Part shown: one piece after another, positions 36,321 through 47,782 of the stretch
Layout of the letters: each line of letters opens with the position of its first letter
Numbering within the stretch: position 1 is the first letter of the stretch
DNA from: Eledone cirrhosa
Taxonomy: Eukaryota
Reading direction: 5' to 3'
DNA: 64,000 nucleotides
NCBI GenBank assembly: GCA_964016885.1
Contig: OZ024764.1
Location: 3,224,001-3,288,000 of the forward strand
Translations under genes and position numbers: made by a program
The notes under the pieces: generated by a model
Databases searched by the model: none
What the model was told of the DNA's origin: nothing
What the model saw: the letters and a program-made list of their open reading frames with translations, nothing else

Positions 36321-39300
36321 TAATATAATGTTGGGTCTGCCTGTCTTTTAACACCTGATATATAGTATATTGTGGTAGCTGTCCCTCTATACGGCTGCTG
36401 TTACATCTAATATAAGGCTGGGTTTGTCTTTTAACGACCTTAATATACAGTATATTGTGGTAGCTGTCCCTCTATACGGCTGCTGTTACATCTAATATAA
36501 GGCTGGGTTTGTCTTTTAACGACCTTAATATACAGTATATTGTGGTAGCTGTCCCTCTATACGGCTGCTGTTACATCTAATATAAGGCTGGGTTTGTCTT
36601 TTAACGACCTTAATATACAGTATATTGTGGTAGCTGTCCCTCTATACGGCTGCTGTTACATCTAATATAAGGCTGGGTTTGTCTTTTAACGACCTTAATA
36701 TACAGTATATTGTGGTAGCTGTCCCTCTATACGGCTGCTGTTACATCTAATATAAGGCTGGGTTTGTCTTTTAACGACCTTAATATACAGTATATTGTGG
36801 TAGCTGTCCCTCTATACGGCTGCTGTTACATCTAATATAAGGCTGGGTTTGTCTTTTAACGACCTTAATATACAGTATATTGTGGTAGCTGTCCCTCTAT
36901 ACGGCTGCTGTTACATCTAATATAAGGCTGGGTTTGTCTTTTAACGACCTTAATATACAGTATATTGTGGTAGCTGTCCCTCTATACGGCTGCTGTTACA
37001 TCTAATATAAGGCTGGGTTTGTCTTTTAACGACCTTAATATACAGTATATTGTGGTAGCTGTCCCTCTATACGGCTGCTGTTACATCTAATATAAGGCTG
37101 GGTTTGTCTTTTAACGACCTTAATATACAGTATATTGTGGTAGCTGTCCCTCTATACGGCTGCTGTTACATCTAATATAAGGCTGGGTTTGTCTTTTAAC
37201 GACCTTAATATACAGTATATTGTGGTAGCTGTCCCTCTATACGGCTGCTGTTACATCTAATATAAGGCTGGGTTTGTCTTTTAACGTCCTTAATATACAG
37301 TATATTGTGGTAGCTGTCCCTCTTTACGGCTGCTGTTACATCTAATATAAGGCTGGGTTTGTCTTTTAATGTCCTTAATATACAGTATATTGTGGTAGCT
37401 GTCCCTCTATACGGCTGCTGTTACATCTAATATAAGGCTGGGTTTGTCTTTTAACGACCTTAATATACAGTATATTGTGGTAGCTGTCCCTCTATACGGC
37501 TGCTGTTACATCTAATATAAGGCTGGGTTTGTCTTTTAACGACCTTAATATACAGTATATTGTGGTAGCTGTCCCTCTATACGGCTGCTGTTACATCTAA
37601 TATAAGGCTGGGTTTGTCTTTTAACGACCTTAATATACAGTATATTGTGGTAGCTGTCCCTCTATACGGCTGCTGTTACATCTAATATAAGGCTGGGTTT
37701 GTCTTTTAACGACCTTAATATACAGTATATTGTGGTAGCTGTCCCTCTATACGGCTGCTGTTACATCTAATATAAGGCTGGGTTTGTCTTTTAACGACCT
37801 TAATATACAGTATATTGTGGTAGCTGTCCCTCTATACGGCTGCTGTTACATCTAATATAAGGCTGGGTTTGTCTTTTAACGACCTTAATATACAGTATAT
37901 TGTGGTAGCTGTCCCTCTATACGGCTGCTGTTACATCTAATATAAGGCTGGGTTTGTCTTTTAACGACCTTAATATACAGTATATTGTGGTAGCTGTCCC
38001 TCTATACGGCTGCTGTTACATCTAATATAAGGCTGGGTTTGTCTTTTAACGTCCTTAATATACAGTATATTGTGGTAGCTGTCCCTCTATACGGCTGCTG
38101 TTACATCTAATATAAGGCTGGGTTTGTCTTTTAATGTCCTTAATATACAGTATATTGTGGTAGCTGTCCCTCTATACGGCTGCTGTTACATCTCATAAAA
38201 GGCTGGGTTTGTCTTTTAACGTCCTTAATATACAGTATATTGTGGTAGCTGTCCCTCTATACGGCTGCTGTTACATCTAATATAAGGCTGGGTTTGTCTT
38301 TTAACGTTCTTAATATACAGTATATTGTGGTAGCTGTCCCTCTATACGGCTGCTGTTACATCTAATATAAGGCTGGGTTTGTCTTTTAACGACCTTAATA
38401 TACAGTATATTGTGGTAGCTGTCCCTCTATACGGCTGCTGTTACATCTAATATAAGGCTGGGTTTGTCTTTTAACGACCTTAATATACAGTATATTGTGG
38501 TAGCTGTCCCTCTATACGGCTGCTGTTACATCTAATATAAGGCTGGGTTTGTCTTTTAACGACCTTAATATACAGTATATTGTGGTAGCTGTCCCTCTAT
38601 ACGGCTGCTGTTACATCTAATATAAGGCTGGGTTTGTCTTTTAACGACCTTAATATACAGTATATTGTGGTAGCTGTCCCTCTATACGGCTGCTGTTACA
38701 TCTAATATAAGGCTGGGTTTGTCTTTTAACGACCTTAATATACAGTATATTGTGGTAGCTGTCCCTCTATACGGCTGCTGTTACATCTAATATAAGGCTG
38801 GGTTTGTCTTTTAACGACCTTAATATACAGTATATTGTGGTAGCTGTCCCTCTATACGGCTGCTGTTACATCTAATATAAGGCTGGGTTTGTCTTTTAAC
38901 GTCCTTAATATACAGTATATTGTGGTAGCTGTCCCTCTTTACGGCTGCTGTTACATCTAATATAAGGCTGGGTTTGTCTTTTAATGTCCTTAATATACAG
39001 TATATTGTGGTAGCTGTCCCTCTATACGGCTGCTGTTACATCTAATATAAGGCTGGGTTTGTCTTTTAACGACCTTAATATACAGTATATTGTGGTAGCT
39101 GTCCCTCTATACGGCTGCTGTTACATCTAATATAAGGCTGGGTTTGTCTTTTAACGACCATAATATACAGTATATTGTGGTAGCTGTCCCTCTATACGGC
39201 TGCTGTTACATCTAATATAAGGCTGGGTTTGTCTTTTAACGACCTTAATATACAGTATATTGTGGTAGCTGTCCCTCTATACGGCTGCTGTTACATCTAA

Positions 39301-41405
39301 TATAAGGCTGGGTTTGTCTTTTAACGACCTTAATATACAGTATATTGTGGTAGCTGTCCCTCTATACGGCTGCTGTTACATCTAATATAAGGCTGGGTTT
39401 GTCTTTTAACGACCTTAATATACAGTATATTGTGGTAGCTGTCCCTCTATACGGCTGCTGTTACATCTAATATAAGGCTGGGTTTGTCTTTTAACGACCT
39501 TAATATACAGTATATTGTGGTAGCTGTCCCTCTATACGGCTGCTGTTACATCTAATATAAGGCTGGGTTTGTCTTTTAACGACCTTAATATACAGTATAT
39601 TGTGGTAGCTGTCCCTCTATACGGCTGCTGTTACATCTAATATAAGGCTGGGTTTGTCTTTTAACGTCCTTAATATACAGTATATTGTGGTAGCTGTCCC
39701 TCTTTACGGCTGCTGTTACATCTAATATAAGGCTGGGTTTGTCTTTTAATGTCCTTAATATACAGTATATTGTGGTAGCTGTCCCTCTATACGGCTGCTG
39801 TTACATCTAATATAAGGCTGGGTTTGTCTTTTAACGACCTTAATATACAGTATATTGTGGTAGCTGTCCCTCTATACGGCTGCTGTTACATCTAATATAA
39901 GGCTGGGTTTGTCTTTTAACGACCTTAATATACAGTATATTGTGGTAGCTGTCCCTCTATACGGCTGCTGTTACATCTAATATAAGGCTGGGTTTGTCTT
40001 TTAACGACCTTAATATACAGTATATTGTGGTAGCTGTCCCTCTATACGGCTGCTGTTACATCTAATATAAGGCTGGGTTTGTCTTTTAACGACCTTAATA
40101 TACAGTATATTGTGGTAGCTGTCCCTCTATACGGCTGCTGTTACATCTAATATAAGGCTGGGTTTGTCTTTTAACGACCTTAATATACAGTATATTGTGG
40201 TAGCTGTCCCTCTATACGGCTGCTGTTACATCTAATATAAGGCTGGGTTTGTCTTTTAACGACCTTAATATACAGTATATTGTGGTAGCTGTCCCTCTAT
40301 ACGGCTGCTGTTACATCTAATATAAGGCTGGGTTTGTCTTTTAACGACCTTAATATACAGTATATTGTGGTAGCTGTCCCTCTATACGGCTGCTGTTACA
40401 TCTAATATAAGGCTGGGTTTGTCTTTTAACGTCCTTAATATACAGTATATTGTGGTAGCTGTCCCTCTTTACGGCTGCTGTTACATCTAATATAAGGCTG
40501 GGTTTGTCTTTTAATGTCCTTAATATACAGTATATTGTGGTAGCTGTCCCTCTATACGGCTGCTGTTACATCTAATATAAGGCTGGGTTTGTCTTTTAAC
40601 GACCTTAATATACAGTATATTGTGGTAGCTGTCCCTCTATACGGCTGCTGTTACATCTAATATAAGGCTGGGTTTGTCTTTTAACGACCTTAATATACAG
40701 TATATTGTGGTAGCTGTCCCTCTATACGGCTGCTGTTACATCTAATATAAGGCTGGGTTTGTCTTTTAACGACCTTAATATACAGTATATTGTGGTAGCT
40801 GTCCCTCTATACGGCTGCTGTTACATCTAATATAAGGCTGGGTTTGTCTTTTAACGACCTTAATATACAGTATATTGTGGTAGCTGTCCCTCTATACGGC
40901 TGCTGTTACATCTAATATAAGGCTGGGTTTGTCTTTTAACGACCTTAATATACAGTATATTGTGGTAGCTGTCCCTCTATACGGCTGCTGTTACATCTAA
41001 TATAAGGCTGGGTTTGTCTTTTAACGACCTTAATATACAGTATATTGTGGTAGCTGTCCCTCTATACGGCTGCTGTTACATCTAATATAAGGCTGGGTTT
41101 GTCTTTTAACGACCTTAATATACAGTATATTGTGGTAGCTGTCCCTCTATACGGCTGCTGTTACATCTAATATAAGGCTGGGTTTGTCTTTTAACGTCCT
41201 TAATATACAGTATATTGTGGTAGCTGTCCCTCTATACGGCTGCTGTTACATCTCATAAAAGGCTGGGTTTGTCTTTTAACGTCCTTAATATACAGTATAT
41301 TGTGGTAGCTGTCCCTCTATACGGCTGCTGTTACATCTAATATAAGGCTGGGTTTGTCTTTTAACGTTCTTAATATACAGTATATTGTGGTAGCTGTTAC
41401 ATCTA
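36321..41405. repeat. 85 bp satellite array II, ~60 highly homogeneous copies
   Basis: Same unit as array I but mostly with the AACGACC variant; phase recurs every 1020 bp (12 x 85). Confidence 0.97.
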
Positions 41406-42691
41406 ATATAATGTTGTGTCTGTCTCTCACTTGCTGCATAGTTGCAGCTTATAACGTCCCTGATATATAGACATCGAATATAAGGTGGACCTGTCTTATA
41501 ACGTCCCTGATATACAGTAGATTGTAATAGCTACCCCTCCATACAGTCTATAGTTATATCTAAAGATGGGCCTGTCTTTTAACGTCCCTGATATACAGTA
41601 TATTGTGGTAGCTGTCCCTCTATATAATGTTGGGTCTGTCTGTCTATAGTTACAACAATATAAGGGTGTGTTTGTCTTTTAACGTCCCAGATATAGAGTA
41701 TATTGCGGTAGCTGTCCCTCCATACATCAGCTGTTACATCTAATATAAGGTCTGTTTGTCTCTCTCTTTTAACGTCCCTCATATACAGCATATTGCGTTA
41801 ATTGCTCCTCTCTACATCCCACAGGGATGTATGGGTGGGCCTCTCTTTTAACGTCCCTGTTATATGTTCCCCACAAGGCCCACAGTTACAATATAACAAT
41901 GGGTCTGTATTTTAATGTCACTGATATACACCTTATACAAGGTTAGGCCTGTCTCTTAACATCCCAAGAACTGGGGTCATCTGTCAATGGCACACCCATA
42001 AACCCGGAGTCCATCAAGGTACGTATTAAGTCACATTTGTATCTATATTTTTAATTATTCGTTGATGAAATAATATATGTAAACGGAATAAATGGAAGTA
42101 ATTCAGGTGTGAAGATATTTTTCATTAGAAAATTGTTAATACGTTGCTGGTGCTATATGTGTTGTTACGGGGTGTAGTTATGGTTGTCAATCGAAAACCG
42201 ATGGTGAACGTCTCTCGAAGGTTCAATGTCCTCTCTGGCTTGTAAGATCTTGTCTGTGGCTAACGCTAGCTTAGAGGGCCAAAGGCATGTAGTGTATGTA
42301 CATAAGGTCGCCAAAAAAGTGGTTAAAAGACATGTCTAACCTGTATAATCTTCTATGGTTATCGCTCGACTGTAAACAAAGCTGGCTACCCTCTCACGTC
42401 TAACTTGCGTCTCTATCGCAATATCTTGTAGACATTAAAGGGTCCTGAATTGTAGAAAGGGTCACTATCAAACTTCGATAAAACCCCATAATTAAACTCC
42501 CTAAACAATCCGTTGGCAGACATCGAAAACCCCGTCTTCGTAGCACCACCAATGCATTAATAATTGTCTTATGAAAAAAAATATTTGAATCCAGAATTAC
42601 TTCCCTTTGTTCCGTTTGCATATATTAATTTTTTTTTGATCAAAATTTTTCCAAAGTAGCCATAAGTACCACTATTTAACTCAGTAGAATT

Positions 42692-42848
42692 GCGGCCTTC
42701 GCGGTGGCGTGCGATCTGCGTCTCAGACTACCAGTCCCCCTGGCTGGCGTTCGATTCGTAGTGGCGTACGACTGCATCGGCCTGGGACTATTCGGGGCCG
42801 GCACATAGATGCAAGGCCCGTCCCTGACCACCGTGAAGAATTCTTTTT
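42692..42848 (+). ncRNA. Candidate structured RNA polymerase III transcript (unassigned family)
   Basis: GC-rich island; 11 bp terminal stem CTTCGCGGTGG (42697-42707)/CCACCGTGAAG (42828-42838); B box GTTCGATTC (42749-42757); TTTTT at 42844-42848; TATTTAA at 42673-42679. No expression evidence. Confidence 0.4.
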
Positions 42849-42857
42849 CAAATTTCA

Positions 42858-43065
42858 TCTAATATGCAAATGAGCTCGAAGTTCATTTACATATTAGAAG
42901 AATTGTATTAGAAAGAATCTTATTATATATAGAAAGAATCTTAATTACTCTTGAAGCTTCATTTACATATTAGAAGCTCATTTGCATATTAGAAGAAAAT
43001 TTTTTTTTAGAAATATATTAGAGAATCTTAATTACATTTTTGAAGTTTCATTTGCATATTAGAAG
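42858..43065. promoter_or_regulatory. Cluster of octamer (POU/Oct-1-type) motifs in a short repeated module
   Basis: ATGCAAAT 42864-42871, ATTTGCAT 42980-42987 and 43050-43057, ATTTACAT 42886-42893 and 42961-42968, each in CATTTRCATATTAGA; function is inferred only. Confidence 0.4.
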
Positions 43066-43080
43066 AACCTTGGAGGTTAA

Positions 43081-43770
43081 TTACATTCTTGGAAGACAGT
43101 TGGATTTGAACTTTCTTAACTTAGTTTCTATATAGAGAGACTTAGATTCTTAGAACCCACAATCTCACTTACATTCTTGGAAGACAGTTGGATTCGAACC
43201 TTCTTAACTTACATTCTTAAAACCCACAATTTCACTTACATTCTTGGAAGACAGTTGGATTCGAACCTTTGATACTTTCTTTACATTATTAGATGGTTTC
43301 TACATTCTTGGAAGACTGTTGGATTCGAACCTGAGATACTCTCTTTACATACTTGAAGGTTCTTATTACATTTTTGATACTTAGAACCCTTGATGGTTAA
43401 TTAGATTCTTGGAAGACAGTTGGATTCGAACCTGAGATACTTCCTTTACATTCTTGATACTTAGAACCCTTGATGGTTACTACATTCTTAGACGACTGTT
43501 GGATTCGAACCTGAGATACTTTCTTTACATACTTGAAGGTTCTTATTACATTTTTGATACTTATCACCCTTGATGGTAACTACGTTCTTAGACGACTGTT
43601 GGATTCGAACCCTCAATGATACTTTCTACATTGTTGACATTCTTTATTGATACTTACTCTTCATTCCCTTGGTACTTACTTTTCTCTCCTTAGATTCGAA
43701 CCATTGAAGACACCGTCTACATTGTTTATTGGACAACCATTTTTGGAGCGACTGCTGGATTCGAAACCTT
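43081..43770 (-). repeat. Irregular repeat array carrying ~9 Pol III B-box motifs
   Basis: GGATTCGAACC (reverse complement GGTTCGAATCC) at 43190, 43257, 43321, 43422, 43501 and 43601, with variants at 43102, 43692 and 43757, inside a conserved ~30 bp module. Confidence 0.8.
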
Positions 43771-44384
43771 GATGAGGCTGTTTAAAATATATTTTACCTT
43801 CATACCAGGAATAAATAAACAACACAATAAAGTATATGATACAATTGTTTTATTACAAACTTATTTCATTCTACAGAACACTTGTTGGCTGGACATCTGT
43901 AAAGAAGGAACATAAGAGAAGAATTAAACAATATTTCTCGTGTATTTAAATACGTTTTTGTCAATAAAAACACGTTGAATTCTATTTTACGAAGTTGTTA
44001 TTTATTATTGATGTTCATAATTAATTGAAACAACAATAAAAGCTATTTATATGTATGTGTAACGTACACATATTATTGTTTTAACGGGATATTGTCTATG
44101 TCTAACGAGGATCAAGACAAGGACTATTCGGGGCCGGCCCAGACGACAGTGGAGCAAATCGTACAATGAAGAACAACAAACCTGGATTCAACAGCAATGA
44201 ACTTATAGATGGGCTGGCCTCGTCTCCTCAGAGACAATAGGTAAACTATTAGAGTGGACACCAACGTACCAACAAGTACAAATGGTACAGTGTCTGACAA
44301 AATAATCAACACTGTTCTTGGACTAAAACAAAACTTTAAAATGATTGCTTACGAAGGGAAAATTGGTTAGGACGCCAGGGTTAA

Positions 44385-44510
44385 ACCCCAAGATACTGCT
44401 GGTACTCAGACTCAGCTAAGTATAATGAAGTGTTTTTCTCAAGAACATAACACGATCCAGGAATGGAACTCATCACATTATGATCGTAAGTCCAACACTG
44501 TCACCACTAT
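44385..44510 (-). mobile_element. Degenerate CORE-type SINE fragment
   Basis: ACTCAGCTAAGT..TCTCAAGAACATAACACG..GGAATGGAACTC resembles 690-780; a similar scrap lies at 45985-46060. Confidence 0.5.
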
Positions 44511-46424
44511 GGGAAGAAATAAGGAAGTTTCACATCATACACTGTTGTGTATAGAATTAAATTTACGACATTACAAGACGGAAGATAAGATTTCCCCCAT
44601 CGACAAAGTCAAGTGGGAGAAAGAGAGTTTAAAACATAGATGGTGAACAGCTGGACTTATTGTGTGTACCTCGGGGAGATTGCAAGAGGTGGGTAGCTTT
44701 TGGAAAGTTGCCCCAAGTCAACAATCGAAACTACCACGTTCGATTGCTGTGAGTTAGATCTCGAGAGGAAGACAACCACACAGTGATGGGGAGAAATAGT
44801 CGACAGAAGGATTTGATAAAGACAAAGGAACTACCCCCAGGAAGAAGTAGGAACAATTTTAAAACTACACTACCTATTAATAAAAAAAATATGAATTAAA
44901 TTTTATTATATCCGCAATGTATTGAAACAGGTGAGTGTGTATCTCATTAAGAATACGTTAACAAGAGAAGAACTAGGTAGGTGTAAATAGTAGATCATAC
45001 GAAGGAGACTAAGAGGGAAAGATTTACAAAAATATCTCAACATAATATAAAAATCTACGTTACCTTTCAGAAAGCTGCTATTGTCCATTGCTAAACCATT
45101 TAGCAAGAGTTTCTGTAAAGCTTGTAACATTCTACAAACTGACGGCCATTTTTTTTTCTTGATTTGGATGGAGTTGAATGCGCAAGCGCGAGATTCACAA
45201 ACCCAGTGCGCATGTTCCAAGTATCTTGGCCATGCTACAGCACCAGCTAAACAACCTGGCCATGCTACAGCACCATCTAAACAGCCTGGCCACGTTACAG
45301 CACTAGAAGTTAATCTATAATTATGAACAAACGTAATTCTCAGGGAGATTCAGCGTTATAAGACTGACCATTTGAATTACAGCTGACAGACTTCTGTCAG
45401 CCCAGTTTCACATGGGTGTGATCGAACCTGGGACTTAATGATAGCTAACTCCCCTCCGCTAACCGTGTGTGGGGATATAGTCGGGAGGGGGGCAAGAACA
45501 CTGGATGTCTCCACTTCCAATCACAAACATATCAAAAGTGGTCGATACTTTGACAGTTTGCCCTCTTGGCTGGTCACTTGAGAAAATGTCATAACTTATG
45601 ACATCGTAACCGAAGGGCCTACCCCTTACGGAGTGGGAAGGCTGTCATGCCGTTAATCGATATCGATCTGTTAACACTGATCAATACTTCAGCTATGATT
45701 ACGAGAATGTCAGACATACAGGAGAGAGAGAGTTCTTTAAAAAGTAGGTTTCCCTGTCATACATTTAATTCTATACACAACAGTGTATGACTGTACCTGT
45801 AATTAAGGGAGAGGGTTGGTAGAAATATCGGCCTACAATCTCATGAAATATCTCTGAGTAACTGGGCGGAACAAGACCAAAGTACTAAAGACAATAGCAG
45901 AGGAGTTCCATGGCATGAAACATCTAAGAATATAAGACCACCCCCTGCACAGGGCGCCAGTCCATCGCAAGGTTATCTCCCCCAGCTACAGCTGAGTAAA
46001 CTGGAGCAACGTGAAATATAATGTTTTCTCAAGAACACCACGCAGTCCAGGAATGGATCCCACCTACCTCTAATGACGATATTATGAAGGGAACTAAACC
46101 ATTTAGCGAGAGTTTCTGTAAAGCTTGTAACATTCTACAAACTGACGGCCATTTTTTTTTCTAGTTTTGGATGGAGTTGAATGCGCAAGCGCGAGATTCA
46201 CAAACCCAGTGCGCATGTTCCATGTATCTTAAGACTGGCCAAGCTACAGTACCCTCTAAAGAACCAGGCCATGTTACAGCACTAGCAGTTAATCTATAAT
46301 TATGAACATATGCGTAATTCAGTGTTATAAGACTGGCCATTTGAATTACAGCTGACAGACCTCTATACAGTTCATGAGGTGTGATCGTACCTGGGACTTA
46401 ATTTACAACTGTTTTAGTTTTTAC

Positions 46425-47782
46425 GACCAGTATAATTCAGCTGAACATGAGTACCAGTAATAGGTGGGGGGTTTAAGCCTGTGATGGACTGGTGGCCTGG
46501 CCAGGAGGGAGTCTCGTACTCTCATTCGCTTTACGGGATAAACGACAGACCAGAGAACTTCCACATACTTTGGGGATTTAAGGCAACAAGACAATCGCCG
46601 ACTAATTAACAATATTAAATGGTGATTACAGTTTCAGAAAATATTTAGCACTGCTGAAGAATTGAATCAACAATTTACGGTCTTTGATCTCAATCTTGAA
46701 AGAAACATTTAAATCCACCGAAATATTTGCTAAAGACAACAGAGCTGCTACAGGGAAAACTAGGAAGAGTTTTAAAACAAAATACATTAAATATATTTCC
46801 TGTGAATAAAAAAAGAAACATGTTGAATTTTATTATTAAATCCCTGCATTTTATTGTTTATTTTCAACATTAATTTAGTGAATAAAACACAAACACATAG
46901 GTTTTTCATTTTTTATTAAAATAACAACAGTGCTTAAATAAATATATTCTACATGATTAAACTTAAGGGTCAGTCTGTCTTGTGGTTCTGGAGCTAGGGA
47001 GGATGGCAAGGGCGACATACGGAAACAGCCACTGCCTCACACTTGTGGGTAGCTAACTCCGCTCCGATAGCCTTGCAAAGGGGGATTTGGTCAGGTGGGG
47101 GCCAAGAACACTGGAAGTCTCCACTGCCAAAATCTCAATCACAAACATATCAAAGGGTGGCCAATACTTTGACATGAGGAGCAGCAAAGCCTAAACTGAA
47201 CACACAATGTTGTCAATTGAGAAAATGTCACAACGTATGACATCCTTCCTAAACGAAGGGGCCTACCCTTACGGAGCGGGAAGGTTGTCATGCCGTTAAT
47301 CGATATCGATATGTTAACAGCTATGATTACGAGAATGAGACATACAGACCAGTATAATTCAGCTGAACATGAGTACCAGTAATAGGTGGGGGGTTTAACC
47401 CTGTGATGGACTGGTGGCCTGTCCAGGAGGGAGTCTTGTACTGTCATTCGCTTTACGGGATAAACGACAGACCAGAGAACGTCCACATACTTTGGGGATT
47501 TAAGGCAACAAGACAATCGCCGACTAATTAACATTATTAAATGGTGATTACAGTTTCAGAAAATATTTAGCACTGCTGAAGAATTGAATCAACAATTTAC
47601 GGTCTTTGGTCTCAATCTTGAAAGAAACATTTAAATCCATTGAAATATTTGCTAAAGACAACAGAGCTGCTACAGGGAAAACTAGGAAGAGTTTTAAAAC
47701 AAAATACACTAAATATATTTCCTGTGAATAAAAAAAGAAACATGTTGAATTTTATTATTAAATCCCTGCATTTTAATGTTTA
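46425..47782. repeat. Local direct duplication of ~440 bp (46425-46862 and 47347-47782) containing a SINE-like domain
   Basis: GACCAGTATAATTCAGCTGAACATGAGTACCAG.. present twice nearly identically; CCTGTGATGGACTGGTGGCCTGTCCAGG resembles the V/Meta SINE domains (from memory). Confidence 0.75.

Noticed and set aside
42692-42848. Assignment of the candidate RNA to 7SL, 7SK, Y or vault RNA
   Set aside because: Only short resemblances (GCGGTGGCG to the 7SL 5' end, GCGATCTG to 7SK). It is too short for 7SL or 7SK, lacks the second GAUC and 3' hairpin of 7SK, lacks the Y RNA bulged stem, and its B box is central rather than 3' as in vault RNA
43081-43770. CRISPR array or tRNA gene cluster
   Set aside because: Spacers are related to each other, and no cloverleaf or A box accompanies the B boxes; kept only as a B-box array
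47139-47534. 131-aa ORF (and 63-aa duplicate at 46421-46612)
   Set aside because: Spans a junction of two separately duplicated modules, includes SINE-like sequence, and shows no recognisable domain
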